A DNA stretch of 64,000 bases from Camelus ferus (lineage: Eukaryota), in contig NC_045707.1 in assembly GCF_009834535.1 (NCBI RefSeq), positions 33,170,001 to 33,234,000 of the forward strand, written 5' to 3'. Numbering within the stretch: the stretch's first letter is position 1; each line of letters starts with the position of its first letter. The translations under genes and the position numbers were made by a program. Below are positions 22,941-34,830 of the stretch, one piece after another. The notes below the pieces were generated by a model. It did not search any database. It was not told where the DNA came from and was given only the letters and a program-made list of their open reading frames with translations.

Positions 22941-25329
22941 GTGGAAGACACAGACTTGAATAGGAGACTGGTAGTTTAAAGCTCTACTTTCAAATCTGGA
23001 ACAAGGCAGAGGCAATTATACTAATATCTGAGACCACTAACTTTCTAAACTGCATAGTATGCGTGAAAGAAAGAGCTACATGACGCAAAAGGCAGCTGCC
23101 ATTATTGTCTCTGACAATGTTAGGTCATCACCAGCATATATACCTCCTCATCTTGAAAATGGGCACAAGGCATTTCTTCCATCACTCCTACTGTTGTCAA
23201 CATAGAAATATTTGCAACCGGCTTGCAGTCACTGGTTGCAATCACAAATATAATTGAAGCTGTAACTATTTCTTCCTCTTACTGTTCTCCAAGATCAAGA
23301 ATTTCAATCATATTACTATTTGAGTGGGCAGTCACAATCCAATGCTTATGTTTTCCTCCGTGATGGAAGGGGAAGGATGAAAAGAAAAGCAGGGCTGATT
23401 TCTCCTCTTCTTCAGCTTGAATATTATATGATGGTTTTATTTATCTCTCACTCCCATTTTAAAACACTTTTATTCCATATGAAAGAGAATCTGCAGTTAA
23501 AAATCTTTTGTTTTTCATTTCAGCCCATTACATAAATCAAATTGATGAAGGACTCAGTTAACCGAATGGTTGGAAAACAGATTTTGTGGAACCATCAATA
23601 ATTTCTTGCTGTTTGCAAACTCTATTTAAGAATGATTAAAAATAAACACCGATGCATACTCTACAAACTCAGTATGTGTCATAGATCCTACCAACTCTTC
23701 TTGATTCATACTCACGGATGCAGAGATTTATCTTCTCTCATTCTAGTTTTATAAGTCTCCAGGGGGAAAAGTAAATGGCTATTACTATATAATGAAAACC
23801 ATGATTAGAGCCCTCATTAGCTGAACTTTCTAGCTTAATAATATGCAAAACAGACTTATCTTAGATCAGAAGACCTCTGAATTTCCTTCAACCTCTAAGT
23901 TTTGTGACTCTCTGCGTTTATGTTTGCTGACAAAAGAACAAGGAAAAAGAAGCAAAGATCAGCACACATTTCTCCTTTGCCTGTGAACCACTTGTCTTTG
24001 TTTTGGCTTGGAATGCCCACTCTTGGAGACAGATAGAGCCTCATGTGTCACATTCTTGCCACCGTCTCTACACTTTTAGTTAAGATCCCCATTGACAGGG
24101 GGACACACCTGGGAACCACACCAGTTCCCAGAACCATAATTCTAAATACCATCCTAGCAGCCTCTAAATTGCATGGGTTCCTTTGTAAGGTGAGAAACCC
24201 TCTCTCCTGGAGGTTTGTTGATTTTGCAGTTAGCAAAGGTAAGGGACTCCTTTGTGAACCATTTGCTTGGAATTTAAACGTATAGTATTGCTGACAGAGT
24301 GCTGAAAATTCGTCATATGGTGCATTTAGCATTTTCTTTCTCTAAGGGTGGGGGGCTGGGGTGTCCCCTCCCTTCTTCCCCATCCCTGAGCAGAGGATCC
24401 TTGGACAGCAATGACTCAGCCCATCCCCTGTCGACTGCTGCTGCCATCCAGGCACTGGCTCACAAGGGTTCCCTCACCACGGGTTTGTTTGGAGGGCTCC
24501 CTTCCAAAACAAAGATTAAAATGCCTCTTCTCTTTAATAGTCTCAGTGAACACTGTTGCTTGTTAATGTTCAGACACTAATAGCACTGGAAAGAGTCGTA
24601 GCTTGTGTCAACTCATCAAGTAGTCTAAACAAGCCTGCTGGAGGCCGGCCAGTTCTGGCCGGTCATTGACCACAGACACGATCTGGAAGGCTGTTACAAC
24701 TTGTAAAAGTGAGAGGTGGCTCTTCTTCCTGTCTAGCCCACTTCCCAGGGACTGTCCCCAGAAGCACTGGACTTTGAGGCCAGTGGGGGTTTTTGTTCAG
24801 CTCTGTCCTGAAGATGTGCCTTATTTTTTTTTTAGCACCAAAACTGAGATTCCTGTAAAGGCTGGAAAATTCTGGAAAAGTCAGAAACAAGAACATGATC
24901 TGAAGTGATGCTTGGCAGCTGAAAGTTTATAATTTAGTTTTGTGGTCAGAAGGTGCTGAGAGTTTTTGTCCTACTTGTGTTTTTGATGAGCGAGCGGGTG
25001 GATTTGTGAGAGTTCCTATCTTTGGACGATCATGGTGCTTTTTCAGAGATATCACTCATCTTTTTTGGATGAGCCACATTTATCCCAGGCATACGTTTCC
25101 TCTCTACAAAAAGAACTTTATAATCATTCTGCATCCCTCAATAAGATAGATGGGGAAAAATCTTCAGCATGTCCTTCTGGCAATAGCAAAAAATAAACTA
25201 AAAAACTCAAAAGACTAATATTGAAAAAAAATTTTGCAGGGTTGTGTTTCATTTCTAACTCTGCAGTATTTCTCAAGGAGGGGAGGAAGTGGCTATATCT
25301 CTTACATGGCGTACAAGATCCATCCGTGT

Positions 25330-25740
25330 CTCATTATTTATTTGACAACTCTTTATTAGTCACTCATTCTGTGCCAGGAACCAAGCTAGATACCAGGAAT
25401 TCAAAGATGAAACAACATGGTCGTTGCCCCTAAGGGGCACATGTCTGTGAAATAAAGTAGTTGCTATGATGGAAGGATGGAGAAAGCACAAAGGGGAGCA
25501 GCTGAGAAAGGCTGGGAAGACTTGATTAAGGAGATTCTATTTGACCTGAAACGTGAAGAACTATGGGGATTTGTCAGAGGAAAAACTCGGGAGAGTGGAG
25601 GGAGAAGGGATGAGGCTGCAGCTGGAGCTGCGGAGGTGCTGAGCAGGAAGGGATATGGTTACAGGCAATTCAGATCCTCTCCTGCCATCACAGAAAGGGG
25701 AGGGTTCAAGGAAGATAGGGCTGGATAGACCAGTAGGGAC
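25330..25740 (-). mobile_element. L2 fragment
   Basis: 'ttattagtcactcattctgtgccaggaacc...gatacc...atttgacctgaaacgtgaagaa'. Confidence 0.6.
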
Positions 25741-26159
25741 CAGGTCATTCATTGCCCTGTAAGTGACAGGTAGATTTCACTCTCAAGTAATGGCAGGTGA
25801 TTGGAAATTTCCCAACGAAAAAGTGGTATGATCTGATTTGCAGATGAACAAAAAAGTACCTTGGGAAACTGAATGCATACACAATGGGATCTACTCATCA
25901 CCTGTCGTCTGGTCACTGAGGCTGATCAAGGTACAGAGAAAAAACTCTCTCCCTGTCCATCTTTTTATCTCTATCGTGATCCGTAATAGACTTAAGGGGC
26001 TTTCTGAATCTTATTTCAAGGCTTATGCAAGCCTTTGAGAAGTCTGTTGAGGCTTCCTAACATTCTATCTTTGACTAGGTCTCACTAATTCTTTTTTCTC
26101 TCTGCTTTTTCCCCAGCATCCTACGATGCCTTGTTATTTTTTAGCTCAGTGGTCTTAAG

Positions 26160-26690
26160 GCTTTTCAAAACATACTCAAACTTGGAGTAAAGCTATGATA
26201 ATTAAAACAATGTGATATTGATACAAGTCTGGATGGACATAGCAATGGAAGACATAGTTGATTCAAAATCAGACTCTAGTATGTATGAAAACTTACATGA
26301 GAAATGAATATTCACAAATCAATTATTTCATGAAAAAGTGTGATTGATGCAAGTAAGTAATAAAGAATAAAGTTCAATTTCATAAGTAATCAAAAAGGCT
26401 AATTAAAGCAAAGCTTCAATAAAAGATACTATTAAACAAGAAAAATTAAATGTAGCGCCCATCAGGTATAGGTGAGGACTGGCATTCTCTTACTCAGTGA
26501 AAGAATTTTTCTGAAAAGATTTTTATGTGTTGAAATCTGTTTTGAAAATGTCTATACCCTTGATCTTATCATTTCTTTGATAGGAACATATTTTAACAAA
26601 AAAAAATCGGAGAACTAGACAAAATTTGTGCAGAAAAATGTTCATTGTAGCATTATTTGTAATATCACACATCCTACAAAGTGATTTATA
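26160..26690 (+). mobile_element. Ancient L1 ORF2/3'UTR fragment
   Basis: 'taaagctatgataattaaaacaatgtgatattg' and 'aatgttcattgtagcattatttgtaata'. Confidence 0.6.
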
Positions 26691-29600
26691 AACTTAATGA
26701 TACCAACAGTCACTCTCTTCCACAGGAATGAATATTTATTGAGCTTCCACAAGCCAGTGATTAATTTATCTCGTGTAATCTTCCCAGGCCATGGCTTATA
26801 AAATCAGGACTCAGAGGAGTTTGGTAATCTGCCCACGATCACACCATTTTGGTGCTAACTCAGACCCACATCAAAGCCTTGTTCTTTCCATTATACCTCA
26901 CTACTTCTATTTATAAATATGAGTCAGTTGTTTGCTTCAAAAATAACTATAAGTAACTCCATATCTCTTTTGATTTTTCCGACGTTCCAGAAAACAAGAA
27001 AGAGTTCCGCCTTGGGGTTCCTGTGGTGTGAGTAGGGGAGCTAGTGCCTACAGTCTGGAGAGTCGATGGATTCATCTGCAATTTACATCATTTCGCTTCC
27101 CAAGAAAACCCAGTGAACCGTAAGAATGCAGTGTTCCTCCCGGGACTCTTCTCGCTCTTGCTCTTGGACAAAATCCAGAGGGGACGAGCACTTAGGACAC
27201 TGAGTACATCCCAGATAGGTTCCGTAGTCAATACTGGCTGGTCCAGTTACACTGAGGGTTTAGTTATTTACAGGGCTACCTCTTCTACTAGACAGCCAGC
27301 TTCTCAGCGTGAAGGAAGCGCAGCACTGTCAGTGCCCTGAAGATAGAGTCAGCACACTGTCCAGTGGCAGAAGTAGAGGACTACAGTTATTCCCCAAAAG
27401 TCAACGACTTGACTCAGGTCTTACAAGAGGCACTGATTGGCTTCAGTTTTTGTAAGAATGGAAAGTGGAAGTGAAAACAAACCCCCCGCCTCAAAGGATC
27501 AAAGTTCTATCAGCCTACAGTTAGAAATCACCAAGAAACACCAAGTGTTGTAGGAACACCAAGTGTTGATGGTCAACTGAAAGGTCATAAAATAAATAAC
27601 ACTGTTTGCCTCTTGCTTACATTTTCTCCCTTTGAAGGCGTCTGGCACACGTGTTTTAATCCCATGTAAAGTTCTTGTCTGCTATCTTTAGAATCAACCA
27701 GTGGCTAGTGTCAGCTTTGGACTTCTAAATAGCAGGAAGCCGTAGAAAAGGCCTCATAAGATAGTCAGAGAAATCACTCCTTTCCTAAGCTCACCCTCTT
27801 TATCTACTCCCACCCTCTTTTGTTTCCCTCCACAAAGAACAGAACTGTGTTTGTATTTCATCAAATCCAAGATAACACCGATCACAGGACTAACCAACAT
27901 TTCAGGTAGAATTAAGAAAGAAAGGTACTGCCAATTAAAACGGCATACTGTTGGCTTGGGGGTTTTTTTGTTTGTGGTTTTTTTTTTTTTTTTTTTGGTA
28001 ACTTACAATTTTTATTTTGTTTTTATTGAAAGAGTTCATTTAAGCTTATTTAGACAGATTTTTCTTTAGCGTATATTGCACTCATGCACACAGACAAAGG
28101 AAAATATGAGCGAAATGACTAGAGCAAATTATCCCTCAAGCTGCTTCATTCAGTCAACTTCTTCCATCATTTTTTGAGTCAGCATTTTTCTCCACACACA
28201 GTACTGCTCTCTGTGCTATCAAAATGTTGCATTTGCTCCACTATTACCTCTGGGCTTGTCCTTCAAGTCACAGACATTCAACAGCTGCAAATGCTGGTTA
28301 TTGCTTGATCTCTCCAGATCAAAGGAAGATTTTCAGACAACAGCCAAAATTCATATTTCTTCCTCAAATTATCTTTCAATAGTTTGTTGACTAAAATATT
28401 GAAGAGTGGTAGGTATCCAGCCGTGCTTCCAGAATGCCGACCAAATTCAGGGTTGTGGGAACACTGGCAATGACAATTATGTCAACACTTCCCACCTGGC
28501 CAACACTGATTATAAGAGACCATTAACTGTAAGATGTCAGAGATGTTAAAACATAATAAGGAAAGTGGAAAGGGGAGGAGTTCATACTGAGTTGATGATT
28601 TAAAGTTTGTATTCAATTTCCACTGCATAGAGGGGAAAGTAGGGGGTAGGGGTGTAGGGGTAGAGGTTAGGGCTGAAGAATTGTCTTTTGATCATTATTT
28701 ACTCCAAATCTGAGTTTTGGTGTCCCATGAAGGACTCAGTGTTTGGAGGCTGACCTCATCATCTTTAAGGGAACTGTTCAAAGGTCTTCAGGAGCCGTCC
28801 GTGTACTGAGAGCCTAGGTTTAAATCAGCATCTAGTTTTCATTTTCATCACAGTTTTCATTTACAATCATTAATTTTTATAGAAATAAATTCACCTTAAG
28901 AAAAATCAAGTTTCTTTGTTTTTCTCCCTAAAGTTCGAACATATCAAAGGTTATTAGGAGCTTTCTGCGAATCCTAGAAGGGAATTTGAGTCACATACCT
29001 GAAAATAGGTATGTGGGAAACTGCCTCTACCTTTAAGTTGAAATCAGGCCAGTTTGTATGTTGGTTTCATTGAGGTTACACTAGAGGCATTGTTCAGTTG
29101 ATTATTCATACTGGAGTGTGGAATGAAAACCAAAAGTCAATAAAGAGTAGTAGGCAAAATGTTTTGTGGTTAAAAAAACCAAACAAACAAAAAAAAACAC
29201 CACTCCTCCAGTTGGCTAGATCTGTGTGGGACAGAGGTAAAGGATGGGCAGAAGAAAGGGAGAGAGGAGAAAGAGATTGGAAAGTGAAAAGTTATCTCGA
29301 AAAGACTCTTAGTTTTTAGGAATAAACTGCATTATGTTAAAACTCTATCACTCAGATCTGCTCCATATATCAGAAAAATTTTGGCTTCAAAAGTATGTGA
29401 CATCTTATTTTAGTCAACTGTTGTTTAATTTTATTACATAAAACTTCCAAGTTCAAGAGTGAGAATCTGACCAAAGCCAGGAAGCAGAAATCCAAGTTTG
29501 ATATGCCTCTCATCAGAAACAAAAACAACAAAAATGTTAGGCTCCTTATTATCAAGCATACCTTTACATTTTTCTTTAAATAATCTGTACATTCTGTTTT

Positions 29601-30021
29601 GTGAATTCATTAAGTTTTTAGCTAAAAAAATATGGAAAATGCACAAAAGTAGTCAAAACAGATGTCAAAAGGGATGTTAACTCTAGCCACTGGTTATTTG
29701 TTATCCCCCACTTCACTTTGTATTAAGATTCTGCATATATCTTATTAATTAGAATCAAACATTTTAAAATGCAACCAAAATATTTCCAGTTTGGCATGTA
29801 ACAAAATTTTAAGTTCAAAACCTCTAAAGATGTGTTTTGTCATCTAGGAAAACAAGTAGGAGACATGTTCTTCATCCTGTCCTTCGCTTCTAAGAAACTG
29901 TTTGCTTTAAACACCAAACCATATTTTCGTATTTCACATCTTTTTAATAACATTTCATATAATCTTATTATTGATGGTAGTTTTTAGTCCAGCTTTCCAT
30001 TTTCTGATTAGTCATTTAAAA

Positions 30022-30164
30022 NNNNNNNNNNNNNNNNNNNNNNNNNNNNNNNNNNNNNNNNNNNNNNNNNNNNNNNNNNNNNNNNNNNNNNNNNNNNNNN
30101 NNNNNNNNNNNNNNNNNNNNNNNNNNNNNNNNNNNNNNNNNNNNNNNNNNNNNNNNNNNNNNNN
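30022..30164. other. Assembly gap or masked run (143 N)
   Basis: N-run covering the 5' junction of an L1. Confidence 0.9.
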
Positions 30165-30575
30165 TAAGTCATGTAAGCCAGAAAGAAAAAGAAAAATACC
30201 ATATGATATCACTCATATGTGGAATCTTAAAAAAAAAAAAAAAGACACAAATGAACTTAGTTACAAAACAGAAACAGATTCACAGACATAGAAAACAAAC
30301 TTATGGTTACCGGTGGGGGAGAAGGGAGGGTGGAGGGATAAATTGGGAGTTTGGGATTTGCAGATACTAACTACTATATATAAAATAGATAAACAACAAG
30401 TTTCAACTGTATAGCACAGGGAACTATATTCAATATCTTACAGTAACCTATGATGAAAAAGAATATGAAAAGGAATATATGTAGGTATACAGATGACTGA
30501 AACGTTATGCTGTATACCAGAAGTTGACACAACATTGTAAACTGAGTATACTTTAATAAATTAAAAAAAAAAAAA
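30165..30575 (+). mobile_element. L1 3'UTR (camelid type) with poly(A) tail
   Basis: 'gaaaaataccatatgatatcactcatatgtggaatc', 'ggagggataaattgggagtttgggatttgcagatac', then AATAAA and an A-tail. Confidence 0.9.
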
Positions 30576-31097
30576 CAAAGAGTCCTCGGACAATTGCAAA
30601 TAGATAGGAAAGAATTTAATGGAATTATCAGCTCTTTGTATTTCTGGAATAATTCAAACTTCCCTCACATGTATGCATTTTTCCTACAGTCTTATTATAT
30701 ACTAATTCTTAAATGATACGAGCCAATCTCTAGCTCTGTAATTGTTCAAATTCTCACAAACCCTGTTTTAATGAAGGACACACCGGTGGGACAGGTCGGG
30801 GCAAGGCGTATGTATTATAGTCGTGCTATGGTGTTGGCCAGGCCACTTAGTCTGAGAGGGTAAAAAGCAAAGGATGTGAGTCGTAAGGGCAACAAACTTA
30901 AGGGCTCTGGTTGATTGGAAGGACCAACACCTGTGTCTTTGTTGGAACCCCAGCTTCTTTCAACTTGCTCTCCATCCACACCAACATCTCTGGTGACTCC
31001 TGAATTATCCTTAGGACCCAATTATTCTAACTGCTGTAGTCTATTCTCTTCTTATCGCTGTCACAGCAATGTGATTGCTTTCCTTCCTTCAACTTTC

Positions 31098-31099
<2 letters not shown>

Positions 31100-31150
<51 letters not shown>
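31100..31150. repeat. (CA)25 microsatellite
   Basis: Perfect dinucleotide run. Confidence 0.98.
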
Positions 31151-31152
<2 letters not shown>

Positions 31153-31649
31153 GGCTAATGTGCTAATGTTCAGTGAGCCATTTTGAGCCTACGTTCAGGG
31201 TGCTGTTAGGGTGCTGTTAATGAAGAAGTTCCCCTACCCCAGGGTGCTGTTCCCCTTCTCTGCCTGCCTCCCACTTCTGTGCCGGGGCAGACATCTCTTG
31301 CCTACCCAGGAAAAATTCAGTTTCCAACAGCCAGGTCCCCAGTTACCTGCCCCCAGTTCAGTCCCTCCTTCTTTGTGAGGGGGGACTCACAACATTATTA
31401 GAGGTCCTCAAATCATATTATGTTCATCTTCAGAGAGGTGGCATACACAGGACAGGTATGGCAAGGGCAAAGGACAGGTAGCTCTTCCTCATTTTCTGTG
31501 CTCAAATGGCCTGTGGGTATGGAGTACTGGGCCTTAACATCAGTAATCCAGAAATCCGGCCCTCTTGATTTCTCTATCCATGAGATGCAGGACTGTGCAT
31601 CCTGTCAGCAGAGGATTATGAATAATGTCTACCCAGCAAACTTAGTTTT

Positions 31650-31940
31650 TGTTCAAAGCTACCAGTACAAAAATATACACAGGATTGATTTACGGCAACA
31701 TGAGTTCAGTGGTTTCTTCGAGGGAGAGAGGGAGGGAAGAATGGAACAGAGAACAAGAGGACAGGGTCTTAATTTGTATCTGCAACATTTTATTTCTAAA
31801 ATGAAATATAGGAAGTGTTTGCATCTGATGCAAATATAGGAAAATGTTTGCATCTGTTAAATCTGGATGGGATATGGGGGTCTGTTAGAATCTTTTTCTA
31901 TACAGTCTGTAGATTTGAAGCCTTTATCTAAATAGGAAAT
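31650..31940 (+). mobile_element. L1ME-like 3'UTR fragment
   Basis: 'ttaatttgtatctgcaacattttatttct...gcaaatataggaaaatgtttgcatctgttaaatctggatggg'. Confidence 0.55.
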
Positions 31941-33849
31941 TAAGAGTTTTTAAAAAGTGGAGGAAAAAAAGCTACCAGCACAAAATACTATTTCAGGATG
32001 GGTTGAGGTACTACGCCAGATATTCACACGAAACATGTCCAGAACATCGGTACCTTCATCCTTTGTTGCGGGAATCCCAAAGCCTCCATCCCAGTGAAGT
32101 GATGTGGCTGAGGGTTTATACTTTTGTAGAAGACAAAAGCATGCCTGTTACAAAAACTTCATTAACTTGAGCGGCTGGAGGTTTGGTGTTTTCTGTGTGT
32201 GAGGTTCACGAGAAGCTGGGAAGGAGCACACATTTCTGGCTTATGTGGAGTCTCACTCTAAGTTTACACGGAGGCACAGCTGAAACTGAGTTTCGCTTGA
32301 TTTCCACCTGAAACCATAATTCATCTCAGGTTCACTGGAAGCGTACCCCTATCTAGTTGAGGACTGGAGGCAGGTTCACTCAGAGTTTCTCCAGCCTCAG
32401 CAAACCTCTCAGCAAACTTGGCCTGAATTTGAGGTTTTGATACAGAAGTTCAGAGTTTTCATTCAGGAGCTTTGCAGGACCCTGGGCTATTTTGACCATG
32501 ATCTATCAGACTCACTTTGGACCATATGGAGTAAAGATAGAGACTTCTGTGGCTCCTTCTCACAGCCACACACTCATTCCAGTGTTTCCATATCCTCAGC
32601 AGCCTTCGCTAGACTTCTACAGTGAACACTTTTTCTTTTATTCAAAAAGGAAAAAAAAAAAAAGACATTTGATATTAGTCTCAGTGGCTGCTAGCAATGA
32701 ACTGGTCAAAAAGACTATCAATTTCTTGACACTCCATTACATACGCTGACTGGATTGTTTCCAAAGTGTTTGCTTTTACTTCCCTCAACAGACATGTTTG
32801 CTGCTTTTGAATCCAATCACCACCTCCAACGATACAATGTTTTAGCATCTAAAACTACTATTTCTAATTATGTTGGTAACTTTTCAAGAAGGTTCATTAT
32901 ATAATTTCAAGTATAAAATCACCAAAAAAAATTCTAGTCAGTCCTTTAAAATGTAGTATAGATCTTGGTAAAAAAAAAAAAATTGAGACAATATGAAGTT
33001 GTGTATTTTTAAAGTCTAGGATTTACACCATTGATTTTCCCTGCGCTAGTGACTGTCCCAGTGTGAAAATCTATTTGCATGACAAATTCTCTTTTACACT
33101 TCAATGACTCTTATTTTTATGGTGAACTACATTTTGTTGCCTCTTTCAGTATACATAATAGCAGATCATAAGATGAAATGGAGTCAACCCACATAAAATA
33201 GAGAAATTTCTATTAGTTTTGACAATGGGAAGAAATTCCTGTTTCCTTTGGTGAATAATGCAGATGAAGGATTTTTCTCAATTATAGTGCTTTGGGCATC
33301 TTCTGGCTACAAAGTAGTGGGTTTTCCTAGAAAACAGTGCTTTACAACTGATTTCCAAGTTTTTTCTCAAATCCTCAGGAAACAAATCAGTTTTGTGGCA
33401 TAGCCTTATTTATTCAAACATATTAGAAATCAAAGTGGGTCTGAACTGGTAAAATGTCTGAATTGAAGACTATTTGTAGAGAAATGCATCTGGATTCCTT
33501 TTAAGGATATACAGTCATTGAAACAGGGCTAATAAAGTTTCGAAGCTAAATCCTTTGAAGGAAACTCTTCATGAATAGAAGAGACAGTTGAGAATAAATT
33601 ATAATCAGCAAGTCAATTGTTTCTAATAAGTCAGTTTTTGAAAACAGTTTGTTCCTTTAAGATGTAAGAGTCTCCCCAAGACACATTTTCACTGTTAGAT
33701 TTCTGGATACTCTTTGAATTCACAGAGAACACTAACAGTGTGCTTCAGTTGGCTTCTGAATCAGTGAGGTTTGTGAGAAATGGAAGGGCATTAACCAGGG
33801 CCGTGGCTGCTGCCTCCCAGGCTAGTTCAGTCATCACTGCTGGCTACAT

Positions 33850-34520
33850 GTTCTGTTTTCTCCTCCACTGCCACCATATCCCACGCAAATAAATGCACTT
33901 CTCCTCAACCCCCATTTCCTGCGGTCCTCAGTGGGTCCATTTCCCAACCACAAGTCACCATCAAGCTTAAAATCTCCTTCATCTGTCTTTCTTCCTCCTC
34001 CCCAGGGGACAATCAATGACCAAGAAGAATCCAACCAATGATTTCGCAACAACCTCACTAACTTACCTCTATTCCTTTACATTTCCTCTGCCAGAATCTT
34101 GGCTCGGTCACTTCTCATTTGCCACCTGGCCTAGCCACAGTCTCTCAGGGACCCTCTTTACCTCTGACCATCTGTCTGTCTGTCTGTCCCTCAGAATGCA
34201 GGGCATTTAACCATCTCAAGTCACACTCCTCCTCTGCTCAAAAAGCCTCTCGTGGTCCCCAGTGCCTGCTGAGCCAGGTGCAGACCTCCAGCCCAGCAGT
34301 TGCGAGCCTCCACAAGAGCTGATCCCAGCTCTTCCCAATGCGAGCTCCTGCTCCCCTCTGGGTAAACCTCACACTTGAGCGGGTCAGATGATCCACTGTT
34401 TCCCAGTGGGCCTTCCAGCCCCTTTACATATTCTCATGCCATTCCTCCATTTTCCTCTCAAAATCCCATCCATCCTTCAGAGTCAAAAACACATATCAAG
34501 GCTTTTTTCCAGGCCTATCA
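33850..34520 (+). mobile_element. L2 fragment(s)
   Basis: 'gtcacactcctcctctgctcaaaaagcctc...tggtcccc' and related pyrimidine-rich L2-like blocks. Confidence 0.5.
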
Positions 34521-34639
34521 TACAGAAGTACTAGACATATTTATAAACACATGATGATCCGGTGCCTTTATAAATCTCTACGCCACATATGCATGTATCT
34601 CTCATACTCACAAAATACTTCATAGTTACCGAAGAACTT

Positions 34640-34830
34640 CCACCCACACTCTCTGCTTTAATTCTCATACCAAACGCATGAGAAGGGTAATATCAACAGT
34701 TGACAAATGAAGAAGCCAAATCTGGAGAAGCTGTGTGGATTACCCAAGGTCACGCAGCTGAGAAGTGACAGAAGCAGGTTTCACACCCAGGCCTTGTAAC
34801 AACTCCGGGTTACTTTCAACCCTATCACAA
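34640..34830 (-). mobile_element. MIR SINE
   Basis: 'gacaaatgaagaagcc...tacccaaggtcacgcagctgagaagtgacagaagcagg'. Confidence 0.6.

Noticed and set aside
32031-32050. p53 response element
   Set aside because: Only one decamer (AAACATGTCC) fits; the adjacent sequence lacks the CWWG core.
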